NCBI GenBank assembly: GCA_964057225.1 | Contig: OZ059894.1 | Coordinates: forward strand, 13,950,001-14,014,000 | Reading direction: 5' to 3' | Length of the DNA: 64,000 nt | Origin: Auanema rhodensis | Taxonomy: Eukaryota; Animalia; Nematoda | Shown here: piece after piece, positions 1 through 13,981 of the stretch | Position numbering within the stretch: the first letter of the stretch is position 1 | Layout of the letters: every line of letters begins with the position of its first letter | Position numbers and translations under genes: made by a program | Notes under the pieces: model-generated | Seen by the model: only the letters and a program-made list of their open reading frames with translations | Databases searched by the model: none | What the model was told of the DNA's origin: nothing

Positions 1-200
1 TCATTTTGGAAACATTTCCAAATCTCTGTTTCTACACGTTTATGGTATTGTTTGGAATTGTATATAATTTCGATATATGTAAAGTTTAATTGAATAATAT
101 TTTTATATAATCCGAATAAATTATAAATTTCTAGGATAGGGATGATAAAGTTTCCTTTTTAAGTTTTGAAATAAAATTTCTTTCATACATGTTATTTTAG

Positions 201-3123
201 GTTTGTTACTATTTCTTCCACTAATAACATGTCAAATATCTGATTATAATAAAAAATTGGAATATGATCTATTCAAAAATTATAACAATCGGCATCGTCC
301 AGTAAAAAAAGAACAAACTACTGTTAACGTGGCAGTTTTTATTAGTATAAGTCATGTGGAAAAAGTGGTCAGTATTCTGAAGTTTACCTCTTGTCTACCC
401 ATTCATCAAAAATGAGAAATATTTTTATTCACATATAGGATGAACATGAGCAAACTATGTTACTGCATGGCTATCTATGGTCATCTTGGATTGATGAATA
501 TCTGAATTGGAAACCAAATGATTACAACGGAACAACAAAAATCAATGTTGATGCTCATCGAGTTTGGCAGCCAGCTCTTGCTTTGTATAATAGGTTTTGT
601 AAAGAATATTCTTTGTTAAGCAAGAATTAACTTCATTCAGTGCTCGAGGAAACTCATGGCATCTATATATGAACAGCCTGCCAGCTCTCATCAGCTCGGA
701 CGGAAGGGTTCGTTCAATAGTTCATATGTTTTTGTTTATTTGTTTATATATTTTTGTTTATACGGTAAGAATAAGTTTTCCTTCCAGATTTGGGCAACAG
801 GATCCTTCTCTTTCTATGTCACATGTCGATTTGATTTTACTAATTGGCCATATGATGAGCAGGTTAACATTAATTATTTGTAATACAGTATATTAGTATT
901 TGTCTTCTAAAGGAATGTCCAATTGTAATCTCTGATTGGGTTTATGATTTGTCAAGAGTTAACCTAACAGATCCCAATCCAGATGCGCCTTGGAATAAGC
1001 CAGCTATTCGTCTGAATTATGATCCAACTCGTTTAAAAGAGAAGAAGCATGTTGGAGGTAAGATTAAAACATTTGATATTGGATTAAAATTCTATCATGA
1101 ATAATATATAGATTAAAACAAAACAAACATTTCAACAAAAATTTATTTTTTTTAATCAGAAAATAATTTCTGAAATAATAGGTAATTAGTACCTCTTATT
1201 CACCAAGCTGAGATAGAGATTTAGTATAGATTGGGGAAAAACGACGACTTTTGTCAATAAAATACTAAATTATTAACGATATCTTCATCAGTATGCTGAT
1301 TAAAGTCGAGTGAATCTCCATTCATAACGTTGTGGATAAATATCTAAAATAGTTTCTTGAATATATTCATATAAAAATTGATCAAACTTTGCTTACCCAA
1401 GTCATTATAATTGTCAGCGGCTTTTCTTTTAATGAATGTCCGCTTATCGGCTTGTGGCATTTCTTGCCAATCATACCTATAACATCAATATATTTATACA
1501 TTTTTCATACATACATTTGTTCATTTTGAGATTCAAATGATCAGTTTAGTTTGAACCATGATCATGTGAAATAAAAAAAGCATCCCTCCCTAACTATACC
1601 CCTTATTCTGCAAAATGTCATTGGTATTCTGTTTGATGTATTAACTCATAGCAGCACTACTAGTGATTATTTTCTTTTTATTTTGAATCAAAGAAAAAGA
1701 AAACAAAAGAAAAAAAAACAATTGGATGAAGCCGACTGATTAAGTTTTCTTGGAATCAAAGGTCAATAAGAGATTCATCAGATTTTTTTACTCTGTTCTC
1801 TGAGCCTTTTCATATTTTTTGTAGTGAAAGCTAAGAAATTCTGTTTTCTTCTTATTTTTGTACAAAAAATGATGCAAATCCAATAAGATGCAACGTACAA
1901 AGATGGGAATAGAAGTATTCTTTTTGTTTCAACATCATTGCATATCATATAGTATTGTTATCTTCCTGATGAGAGATCGAGAAATAGAATAATCTTTCAA
2001 TATTTCATCAAGACAACAAACATAAAATACGAAATTTCATTAATAAAATCTTAATTTAAAAGTTTTCATATGCAGATTTTAATTCAAAAAAATGTTACTT
2101 GACGTGTATATCTGCGTTTCGTCTAATGCCAACTATCAAGAGATTCAACATTAATTGGAATAAACTTTTTTTTTGAAAAGGAAAGAGTATTTGAGATAAT
2201 TAATATGAATACCTACGATATTTATCAAAATATATATGTTGTTTATATAAAATAACCAAAATACATGGGAAAACTAAGATTTTTGCATTTTTCTCGTTGC
2301 AGACTATGGTATTAACTAGTACCGAAATACTAGTTTTCAACTTAATTGGATTGAAAAGACATATAAACCTAGAAATGAAAATAAAACAAACCATTTCTTT
2401 GAAACATCAATATCGTTCCAACTGTACCATTTCTTTGTCCGATGATTCATTCTAAGAACATTGATATAAGAAAATTGTAAATCAAAAAATCAAATAAAAT
2501 CATACAATTTATAATCAGGATTATAAACATATTCCTGATTTGAAATAGATCTCTCTGATGTTGGAACGGTTGCTGTCGTTACACACGTAGCCAATTGTAA
2601 GAAGAGCATCGCATAGATGACATATAGTGAAATCTGATTTTCCATTCTGATGATGTTCCTGAATTTATAAAAATCAGAACAGAATGCGGTGCGATGAGAA
2701 GAAGAACAGAAAAATAATGATGAGCTAAATTATTGTGAAAGGTATGGCTTGATGAACGAAGTACGTATCAGATGCTCTAATCTAACAAGGCTCGAAGGCA
2801 TTGTTGCTGCACCTCTTCTGAGCTTCTGTCGCTTCTTGGTCCTTTGCATTAACTCCATCACAGCTCGTAGACCACGCCTTCATGTATCTTTACAAGCTTT
2901 CTTCCATCTTGTATCTTTTTTTCTCAAGATATGCCTATTTAAATTGTAGGAAATAGATTAAAAAAGAGATATAGAGAAAGAAAGTGAGAGAGAGATTGAG
3001 AAAGGGATAGAGGGAGGGAGAGAGGGAGAGAAAGGATGAAAAACTACGGAGAGGGGGGCGGATAAAGCATTCACGTATTTTATAAGAAGTAACACCTCCA
3101 GAGAGAGTTATATTAATAGATAT

Positions 3124-3159
<36 letters not shown>

Positions 3160-5510
3160 TAAACAATAATCAATTAACATTTGTATTACAACAATATATA
3201 CAAATTTATTTCTAGTTATATCATGAGATATAAGAAATTCAAAGTGTCTTCAATAAGATATAATATTTGCACCTTAAAAGTATAATATTAATTATATATT
3301 ACACATATTATTTCTCACAATTCTTAGCAGAAAAATGATATATCTTATCGATATTAAAATATATTTAGGTTGGGAAGTTACTGATACTTGGCGAAGACAT
3401 TGTTACTGGGGACCAGGTGGTTGCAAAGAACAGCTTTCTGGAGATCAAGTTAGTACTAATATATTTTTCTCCATTTTTTTCTATTTTATAATATCATAAC
3501 CATTCTAACTTATTAGTATTTTTTAAATTTCAGCCTGATTGGTTCTGGTCTCTTTTGGAATTTGGTGTCAAAGTAAAACGTCATGCTCCATACTTCCGCT
3601 TAACAGTTGTTTTCCCAACGGTTTGTTTAATATCATTTCATTTTTTTATATGAAAAAATTTAATTGTCTTTTGTCTTAAAACAGAAGTAGTATGACGTAA
3701 ATGATGTCATTATATAAGTTGACTTTGAGTTTACGTCGACCAAGAATTTACGTAGTCTAAGTGGTGAAGAAAATGCAGAATAAATGTGCAAAGCTGTAGA
3801 GAGTGAAGTGAGATATATTGCAAAGAAGGAGAAAGCAATTTGATAGTTGATGGGAAAACGATGAGTGGACTTACGTTAGTCATATCACATGTCTGACTTA
3901 AGAATTGCAACATTTCTAAATAAATTGAATGTCTAATGAATACAATATGAATATTAAATAATTTCTTTGTACTCCGACATCCTTAAATTCATGTGAACTC
4001 GTATCAGGAGTGTGAATGAAAAGAACAAAAAATGAATACAATTTCGAAATATAAACCTTAATATACGGAAAAGTGATGAAAAAGAATTCAGCCATTAAAT
4101 ATGCATAGCTGTTAAATGCAACCAGCTTACCGGACATTCCAATTGAAATAAAGAAATAACAGCCAGTCTAACTTAGCACTGATTTTTGTTTGAAAAAAAG
4201 GAAACAAGAAGAACAATTCACTGTGAACCTTTAGTGATTAAACGTAAAACTTAATATTTTTGTCAGTGTATTACTATTTTAATAAGATTAAGTTTGTTTT
4301 ATTTCCAATGTCTATTTGCTATTTTCAACTATAATCAAATAGTTGAATTCATCATTCCTTCTCTGACAACTTGACAATGTAATCTGTTATTCCGTGTGTG
4401 TGAAATAGAAAACACATCTTTACAAATGTTTTATGGATATAGTGCTGACAGATTTTTTTAGCTTTTTATACACAGAAGACATGAATCTTAGAAGTTTACC
4501 TTTTAGCAATTAAGGAGAAAACAAAAACTTCTCTTAAAGATTCTGTCTTAAGATTATAGAGCTTTTTTAGTATAAAAATAAAGATTATACTCGAGATATG
4601 ACTAATTGAGCTAGACATTAACTTTATGCTATTCGGTTCATTAAGCATAACACTTGAAATTAAATTTATTATTTTCAGATCATAACTTGTATTCTAACTT
4701 TATGTTCTTTCTGGATAGATACCCGATCGTTGGCTGTCTCACTACTCATTTTTAATGTTCTTCTTCAAGGATTATACGGTTGGGACTTGATTCGAGAACT
4801 ACCACCCGGAAGTGGAGGTGTACCTAAGATTGGTCAGTTCAAACATCTTATCATCCTCCAAAATTTTCTTTTAGTGTCTTTATACGGATTTAATTTGGCT
4901 ATGACAGCTATTGCTTTTGTAATTCATGTCCTTATCCAATATTTCGAGGTGATGTTACCAGAAGATTTGCAACTTCCAGCAAAGGTAATAATTAACAGAA
5001 TTTTCAAACAATTACGTTTTCATTAGCTATCTTCATTGCCTGAGAAGTTGAAGATAGGAGGACTTTTCCAAGTTCAGGGACTATCGTTTGATCCCATGTT
5101 GTAAGTCCAAATTCTCCGTAATACACAACAGAATGTTTATACAGAATGTTAAATTCTGATGCACAATATGAAGATCCCAAGGAATTCAATTCACCCTTAG
5201 CTTCTGTCAATTCATCGAATGCTCTATGCCAAGAACAAGGAGATATTCTGATAAATATGAATGAAGACGAAGGTAGACCTCATAAAAAGTAGAATATTTA
5301 GACTTCAAAAATTTAGGCAATGCGAGAATCTCTCTATCCCCAGAACCCACATCTACATCCAATGAGGCAAGATCTGAGATACCATCAACTACTTCAACAA
5401 AACCAAATGGAACTGGTCAAACTTCACATCAAATTTACTTAATTCGGCGATTCCTCTTTTGTTTATACGCTATCAGCTATGGGATTACTGTACCTATCTG
5501 CTTATTCTAA
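201..5510 (+). CDS. Orphan Cys-loop ligand-gated ion channel subunit (nAChR-like, cup-4/lgc-type), multi-exon; first exon uncertain (possible ATG at 42)
   Basis: Joined exons give a signal peptide, then [35 protein letters not shown], a Cys-loop [15 protein letters not shown], and [15 protein letters not shown] followed by TM helices; TAA at 5508-5510. No vicinal CC in loop C. Confidence 0.88.
1300..2645 (-). CDS. nlp-64: Neuropeptide precursor nested antisense in the channel intron; exons 2645-2506, 2451-2392, 1476-1397, 1343-1300
   Basis: Four GT-AG exons join in phase: [25 protein letters not shown]...[58 protein letters not shown]. Signal peptide plus dibasic sites. The WYxW peptides resemble C. 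elegans NLP-64 as recalled, so the symbol is tentative. Confidence 0.85.
3129..3158. repeat. (TA)n microsatellite
   Basis: Perfect TA run; similar runs near 8159-8181, 19749-19773 and 20946-20978. Confidence 0.9.
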
Positions 5511-5577
5511 AAAGTTTAATGTATTCGAAAAAACTAAATATTTACAACTAAAAGCAATAAACTCTTAACAATTTGAC

Positions 5578-6163
5578 TTATCGTCGTAACAACAATCTTT
5601 TGAATCTAATCATATTAACTTTTAAAGCAGGCCATATAAGAGCGAGATTTCTATAATACCACTCTCTGAAAAAAGTTGTACAGAACATATTCGAAAAATA
5701 AAAATTACTTATTATAAGCCATAAGAGCACCATGACGTTCATTCAAAAAATCACGATAAAACACAGACATATCATTAGCTGTTATTTGTTCCACTCTGCC
5801 AATTTCTTCTTTACGCTAACAAAAAATTGGAATCTATTTTATCTATTAATCAGATGTACCTTCTCAACAAATTTTGTTTTGCGTTGCTCAAAGAGGGCAT
5901 TGTGCTGAGCCCAAAAGTTGGAATTCCATCTAAATAAAGATATAATATACTATATCGAATCAAAAATTACACCTATTCAATTCCTCTCTCGATTCACGAT
6001 AATTGGACTCTAGGGGAGTTTCATTATCCACACGTCTAAGTCTACAAATACTTGTTAAACTCAAAACAACTTTCCAAACGTACTTTATAGGTCTAATTTT
6101 TGAAGCACGATCCGGTGGACCTACCCAGTCGAAACGACGGTCCAAACGGACTTTGTCTGCCAT
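5578..6163 (-). CDS. COA8: Cytochrome c oxidase assembly factor 8 / APOPT1 family
   Basis: Spliced product: DWVGPPDRASKIRPI..ETPLESNYRESREELNRWNSNFWAQHNALFEQRK..DMSVFYRDFLN..YNKEWYYRN. Confidence 0.9.
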
Positions 6164-6334
6164 TTCTGGAATAAAGATATTAAAAATTATACGAAATCAA
6201 TAAAATTATAAAATATTCATGAAGATGAAACATCTGAAAAAATCAGAAAACATAAAACAACGATTTTTTTAACAAGAGCACTAATTGCAACAAGTAAAAA
6301 TAATAACAATAACAATAAAACTGAAAAACAACTC

Positions 6335-7915
<1,581 letters not shown>

Positions 7916-8053
7916 CTGAAAAATATTCATAACTCTAAAAGCGATTCGAGTTTCTTATCAAAAATCTAAAGGTAAAGCCTTTGTTATCAATATTATACTC
8001 AAAAGTTCGAAAACATTCATAATACACAAACAAAGAAATAATTAAATTTTAGA

Positions 8054-9281
8054 TCATGTACTGGGATTTCCGTAACTCCGATATTCGGGCTTCAACTCCC
8101 ACATACTTTTGTGTGGTGGAGCAGCATTATAAACAGCAATTTCCTAAAAATAAACGTTTATATATATATATATATATATATGTATGGCAGCAAAAAGAAA
8201 TATCCTTAATTAAACTTACTTGTAATAATTCTTTAACATATCCAGCAGGTTGCTGAGTTAATTGTTGGAGATCTTGTAACCTAGATCACAATAAGTTGAC
8301 GAAGAAAATAAAAATAAAAATTACCGGTAATACTGATGTTTTTCGAACGCATGGAAGAGAGACTTGAGTACCATATCGCGATCACCTCTGACGGTTTTCG
8401 CACCATCTTTCTTTTGCTTTATACGAGCCACATCTTCAGAATGAGCAGAAATAGGCTTGAAATTTGAAACAGCCTACAATATGATTTATTATTAATAACA
8501 ATGAAAGATATTTCATAACCTGATCGAGCTGTTTCACAAACTTTTTGGGTTGAACACTCTTTTGGAAATGTGCAATTTTCATCCTCATATATTCTCTATT
8601 CCCAACAGGTTGACATTCGGCTCTTTTGACCACTCTACCTTGTATGGAAAGACGTCCCGATCTGAAGTTGCTCAATCAATTTTTTCTCAAAAAGAAAAAA
8701 TGTTTTGCCGCCAGCAGGGGTCGAACCTGCGACCTTGGGCTTATTAGACCCACGCTCTAACCGACTGAGCTATGGCGGCACATCAACACGAACACAGAGA
8801 ACCCCACACATACCTGAGGTTAGCATCTTCATTCAATCCTGCCTTGTCTTCCTCTAGAACTGCCATTTTTTGCACAGGAATATCACGAAGTACAACATTA
8901 AATTCCTCAGGAGCTATACAAATATGTTTTAGAAATAAAATATAGCATAATTAAGAAAAATACAATAACAAAGAAACATACGTTTAAGTTCAGAATTTGT
9001 TGAACTTTGAGCTGGGGTAAGATCTGATTTACTTACGAATCGAACCTAAGATGCAATAACTTAAATTTATTTTACTAAAACTGGAAACCTGTCGACCACC
9101 ATTTGAAATTACCAACCTGCCAACATCAGAGCCAGCATTAGTTTCCCATAAATCAGACAAATAACGGGGTACCTGAAATTAATTCTGGAGATCATAGTTG
9201 TTTCAATTTTTTTCAAACCTTCATCAGCCATACACCTCTTTTAGCATATTCACAATGAACGATTTCTCTTTTCCTAGACAT
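8054..9281 (-). CDS. GTF2F2: General transcription factor IIF subunit 2 (RAP30)
   Basis: RGVWLMKVPRYLSDLW, GRVVKRAECQP, and winged helix LFHAFEKHQYYRLQDLQQLTQQPAGYVKELLQEIA..WELKPEYR. Confidence 0.95.
8706..8779 (-). tRNA. tRNA-Ile(AAT), in GTF2F2 intron 8662-8813, same strand as host
   Basis: GCCGCCA/TGGCGGC acceptor stem, TAGCTCAGTCGG A box, anticodon arm TGGGT-CTAATAA-GCCCA, GGTTCGACCC B box, downstream T6 terminator. Confidence 0.95.
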
Positions 9282-9869
9282 GATCTGAATCATTTAATTA
9301 TCATATAAAAACAGTACCGTTCTAATTAGAGGTTTGAAAATTGTTAAACAAGGGTTTTTTTTTCGAAAAGTATAAGCAATCGAATTTTAATATAATCTAC
9401 AACTGGATATTATAATAAAAGTAAAAGCTCCAAGACTTAACAAAGTAAAACATGTACGTGAAATCATAACGTTACATGTACCCGAAATTAGACCTTTAAT
9501 GAAACGAGAACGAAAGTATTTATTGGTTGCATCCTTTTATTTAAAAAATGTTCATAGTCTTATGATTTATTTGATAGAGAAGAGATAATAACAGAGATCG
9601 ATCTAATTAATAATTTATTTTGAAAAATCTGGAGTATGTATCTGTTGCCTATAGAAGTTTATACAAAGAACAAAAAAGGTAGTTATTGCAATGACATAAA
9701 AGCTGCAAGAATTGGAAATATATATATTGCTGTAATTGAGGAATGATCCTATCAAATGGAAATATGAACATATGAAAAATGTCTTCTAAATACTAGGCTT
9801 GACTATATTTTAAAATAATAAGTTATATACATGATACACGTTTGGAAAATTAACCAGCATCAGTGAATT

Positions 9870-10698
9870 TCATGACTTGGCTAGAACTTTTTTAACAGTG
9901 TTAAGAAAATCGTCATCATTAACAGGTAAGGTATTATTTGAATTCAGCAGCTTGAAATTTGACATTGCGGCTTTGATTTGGTTGGTTTTCTCTAAAAACA
10001 ACTTTTTTAAACAAATTCAGATCATGTTACCTGAATCTAGGGGAATATCATTAGGTTCATGGGCTTGAAGATCATGTTCATATGACGGCTTTTGAGTCAT
10101 GAGCTACAAAAGAAAAATAAATTGAATATAATTGGAAAGCTCGAACCTTGTCAAACTCCTCCTTGATTTTAGAAGGTACAAAGCTAAAATTATTTTCTGG
10201 ACTAGTATACAAGACTCCTTCTTGTTCTTTCATCTCATTTTCCTCGTTATCTTCATTATTTCCCTTAATTAAAAACTATTAACAAAACGTTCCAAATTCT
10301 AACTTCAGTCTCTTCGTCATTATTCATAGGTACTTGCTCGTAGCCGGAATATGGATTTTCGCTATCGCTATCCACCGTTTCTTTTTCTTGTTCTGATTCA
10401 GAGTCAGAAGTAAATCCTTAATAAAACATAAACAAACGCTTTGTAAAATTTAAGCAAACCACTAGAGTCAGAATCATCGTTGGAATTAACATCTTCAGCA
10501 TTGGTTATTGTTACTCCATTCATAGCAACTTCAAATCCTATGGTCCAGCCATCTCTTTCATATTCTCCTACTTTATATTTTATTGTTTTTTTATTCAACT
10601 GTTTCTGTTTTTTAAAAAATTAATCACTTACAAGTGGTATCTTCGTCTCGAATATTACTTGAATCACTCATATTAGTTCTTGGGGGAACAGGTGTCAT
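9870..10698 (-). CDS. Acidic protein, male-enhanced antigen 1 (MEA1)-like
   Basis: Spliced acidic ORF with YSGYEQVP and C-terminal IPLDSEKTNQIKAAMSNFKL, resembling the MEA1 motif [20 protein letters not shown] as recalled. Confidence 0.6.
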
Positions 10699-10918
10699 AT
10701 CAAAAAATATTTAACGTTATTTAGTATTAAAAATTAGGCTTAATAGAACTGGCACATGCTTAGCAAAGCGTCTATTTGATGCAATGGCAATGGTCCATAG
10801 TTCAATCCAATTTTATTTTATGTTTAAACAAGACCTTAAACAAGGTGCCTGTTTTAATATATTGTATATGATATTTATATCACTGAATTAAATAAGAAAA
10901 CGAATATATTCTTAATTT

Positions 10919-13110
10919 TTATATATTAATTGAATTATTTATCTTATTAACATGTTGTACATGGTTTTATCATCACCAAAACCGTCGAATAGATTCACTA
11001 ATTCCATCAATTCGCCCATAATAGCTGTTGTTTTCTAGAACAAACAAAAAATTCTAAACTAATAGACATATACGAACTTACCAAGAATAGTGAATAAAAT
11101 ATCAAAATATCACCCAGCCGTACTGATATATTCTCAGTTCCTTTTTTTCTGTAATTCAATTTAAAGAGTTGTTTTTATGTTTTAAATTATTACTCATGAA
11201 TATATTGAAAACTATGAAAAAGCTTTCTTCGACAAATTGTAGAGAAGCGTTGGCCAGTTTCAGATATTAGATAGTCTGTAAAGCAAAAGAGGGAAAAATT
11301 GTTGAAAAAATTTAATACATACTGGGATCCCAAAAACACAATCCAACTAGAACCATGTATTCTTCCTCAATAAGATGAAGATTTTTTATAGCATCCAATA
11401 GCATTGGTGTAGTTTTTAAATATCCTTGAAGAATGCTTTAAAATTAGAACATTTTTGAAATTAACTTTAATCAATCTAAATAGCTTACTCAGCTAAAGTT
11501 GTTCTTTTTTTTTCATCGACTGATTCAGAAAAAAAATCACCAATTCGCTCATGATCAATATAGGTAGTTTCTGATATTGCATATCTAAAATTTTAGTAGA
11601 TAATTGTTAGTAATATTTAGGTAACAAACTTTGTATTTTTAGGATTTCCATATGCTGGAAGTTTAGTTGCTGTTCGGTAACCGCAATCCATTTTATAAAT
11701 ATTTAAAATAAAAGAATTAATCACAACTCTCTGCAAACAATTGAAGAGTTGAGAATGGTAAGCTCTGAATTTACCCGATCGTGTTCGTCGAGATGTTGAA
11801 TTTCAGGAAAACAGTTTTCAATAAAAGTATTCACATGTGGAATATGAGATCTAAAAATTCTGCTACTTTTGTTATTTGTGCCAGGGAGAAAATCTCCTAA
11901 TGCTCGTTTACGCTCTTCTGCACTGAAATTGAGACCCAAAGAATATTCAGCTGCTCGGCGATCTATGCATAGTTGCCTGAATTTAATTTCATATAAATTT
12001 AATATTAGGTAATATTAACCGATGTTGAGTAGCCATGAATAATAGAAAATTCTTGGATTCATCGTCATCATAACTTTTTTGAAGTATATAACTTGGTATA
12101 ATACTTGTTTGACTGGTTTGAGAAATTTGTGGTTCTATCGGTGCATCCTAAGAACTAAGTTAAAGGATAATTTATAATTTCATGATACGTTAATTTCCAT
12201 AGGTGGAACATGGGCCTCTTCAGTACTACTTGTTTGTGGAGTAGATGAAATACCTTTTTGGCCTTGAATATCTGAAATAGTATAACTAACAAACTATTTC
12301 TCAAATAAAGTCGTACTTTCAACTGCCATTCCGGCTTCTTTACATTTTCTCAAGCGACATTTTCTACATGTCGCAATGTCTTCTGAAACGCATGGATATC
12401 ATATCAAATTAGTTAAAAGAAGACATACTTCTTCGTATATCACAATTATTTCCACCACGTCTACATGTATACGATTTCTTCAATGACATTGATCTACGAA
12501 AAAAAGCTGCACAAGCTCTACATGAGTCAATGCCGAAATGGGCGCCATCACTTTTCTCATTGCATATACGGCAACGAACAAAAAAACTGAAAATAACTAT
12601 TTGATATATCGAATTATAGAATAAAAGAGGATAAAAACGAAATCAGCCCACGGCCGGGATCTAACCGAAAATCTTCTGATTAGAAATCAGATGTCATATC
12701 ACTAGGCCACGTTGGCACAACGAAAGTTGAACAATTGAATTATTGAAAAATATATCTCGGTACTTTCAAAATATTTAATACCAAAACTTGGATTGAAAGT
12801 TGATTTTCTATTCATTAAAATTTTAACAATCCAAGTTTAATACGAAAACTTGGATTGTTAAAATTCTAACGAATAGAAAGTCAAATTTCTTTTAAAAAGA
12901 ATTTTTTCTAGATGGAACCGGTATCCTTGTTATTACAATACGGGTGACGGAAAATGTTATTAGTTTGATGAAAATGAAAAATTATTCAAGACATAATTGT
13001 GATTAACAACATCAAGGTTATGAAAGAATGATGGAATGAAACGGTAGATAAACCGACCTATCCTCTTTTGAATTTGAACGAGAGGAAGAAACCCGACCAG
13101 AACTATTCAT
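10919..13110 (-). CDS. Nematode nuclear hormone receptor (HNF4-derived expansion); first exon 13110-13058 inferred
   Basis: C4 zinc fingers CRICNEKSDGAHFGIDSCRACAAFFRRS..CRKCRLRKC; LBD motifs EEEYMVLVGLCFWD and VRLGDIL; inferred first exon joins in phase 2. Confidence 0.9.
12645..12716 (-). pseudogene. Degenerate tRNA-Arg(TCT) in nhr intron 1
   Basis: GCCAACGTGGCCTAGTG...TCTGA-TTTCTAA-TCAGA...CGGTTAGATCCCGGCCGTGGGCT. The anticodon arm is intact, but there is an A-G acceptor-stem mismatch, a T-loop TTAGA instead of TTCGA and a T-stem mismatch. Confidence 0.78.
12795..12889. repeat. ~44-bp imperfect inverted repeat (hairpin or MITE remnant)
   Basis: Left arm gaaagttgattttctattcattaaaattttaacaatccaagttt matches the reverse complement of 12846-12889 with ~4 mismatches; ~7-nt spacer. 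Confidence 0.85.
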
Positions 13111-13828
13111 AAGATTTTTCCGGCTTTGAACACTAAGTGTGAGAACCTTAACAGAAAAGTATAGAATAATGTACAATTATACATGAAATGAACAAAAATT
13201 TCAAAAAACTATCAGAATTTACAATGATACTCAAGAGTATATCAATTCAACTGATGAAGAAAATACGAAAATAACATAAAAGTGAACAGAATGAATGATA
13301 AGAAATGATAGGAGAAAGATACAATTAGTCAGAGTGAGAGAAAGGAAGAAATGATTGCTCTTAATCACCTACATGTATATGTATGTATATAGTCTTGATA
13401 GAATTCACTTCACACATCACCTGTGATTTCTTGTTCAAAAATCTACTTTGTATTATGTTTAAGGCGCAACAGAACACAACATGAAAGCTTGAATGAATTA
13501 ATGTAAAGCAGTGATACTCGTATATAGATTATATAGCTATCGATCTTTAATTAAGAAGAAAAATAATTATAATCTCATTAAATCTTAATTATTAAATCAA
13601 AAACAATCAAATTATCTTAATATTTCAATTATATTTATATTGTTTTCTTTAAAATATTATTAATATACATATAAACAATTTTTCATTAAATTCATACTTA
13701 TTATGATGTTTATTGGATACAGTCACTCGGAAAAATTGGAAGTAATATAGCTACGTCTATGTTGTCCAAAAATCAAAGTGGATTCTATATATACAGAAGC
13801 TTCTAATTCGTCAAGTAAGCAGTGGAGC

Positions 13829-13840
13829 GAAGCCTCTGAT
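13829..13840 (+). promoter_or_regulatory. Candidate ASE motif (CHE-1 site) upstream of the gcy gene
   Basis: GAAGCCTCTGAT fits GAADCMNHNNNH, ~150 bp before the ATG. Confidence 0.4.
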
Positions 13841-13981
13841 ACAGCTTAAATTCACATGTTTATCTATAAATGGAGTTAAAATTTCAAATTTACTTCGAAC
13901 AAAATTTTTAATCTGAGTTGATGGTCTTCTTTCAATATTTGGATTTATATTCTCGTTGAATGGCGAACTAAAATTTTCAAG

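Noticed and set aside
10734-10742. TAAGCCTAA on the minus strand, and AAGCCTAA near 35547, 37771 and 42045, as telomerase templates
   Set aside because: Matches of 8-9 nt are expected by chance, and no pseudoknot or H/ACA context is visible.
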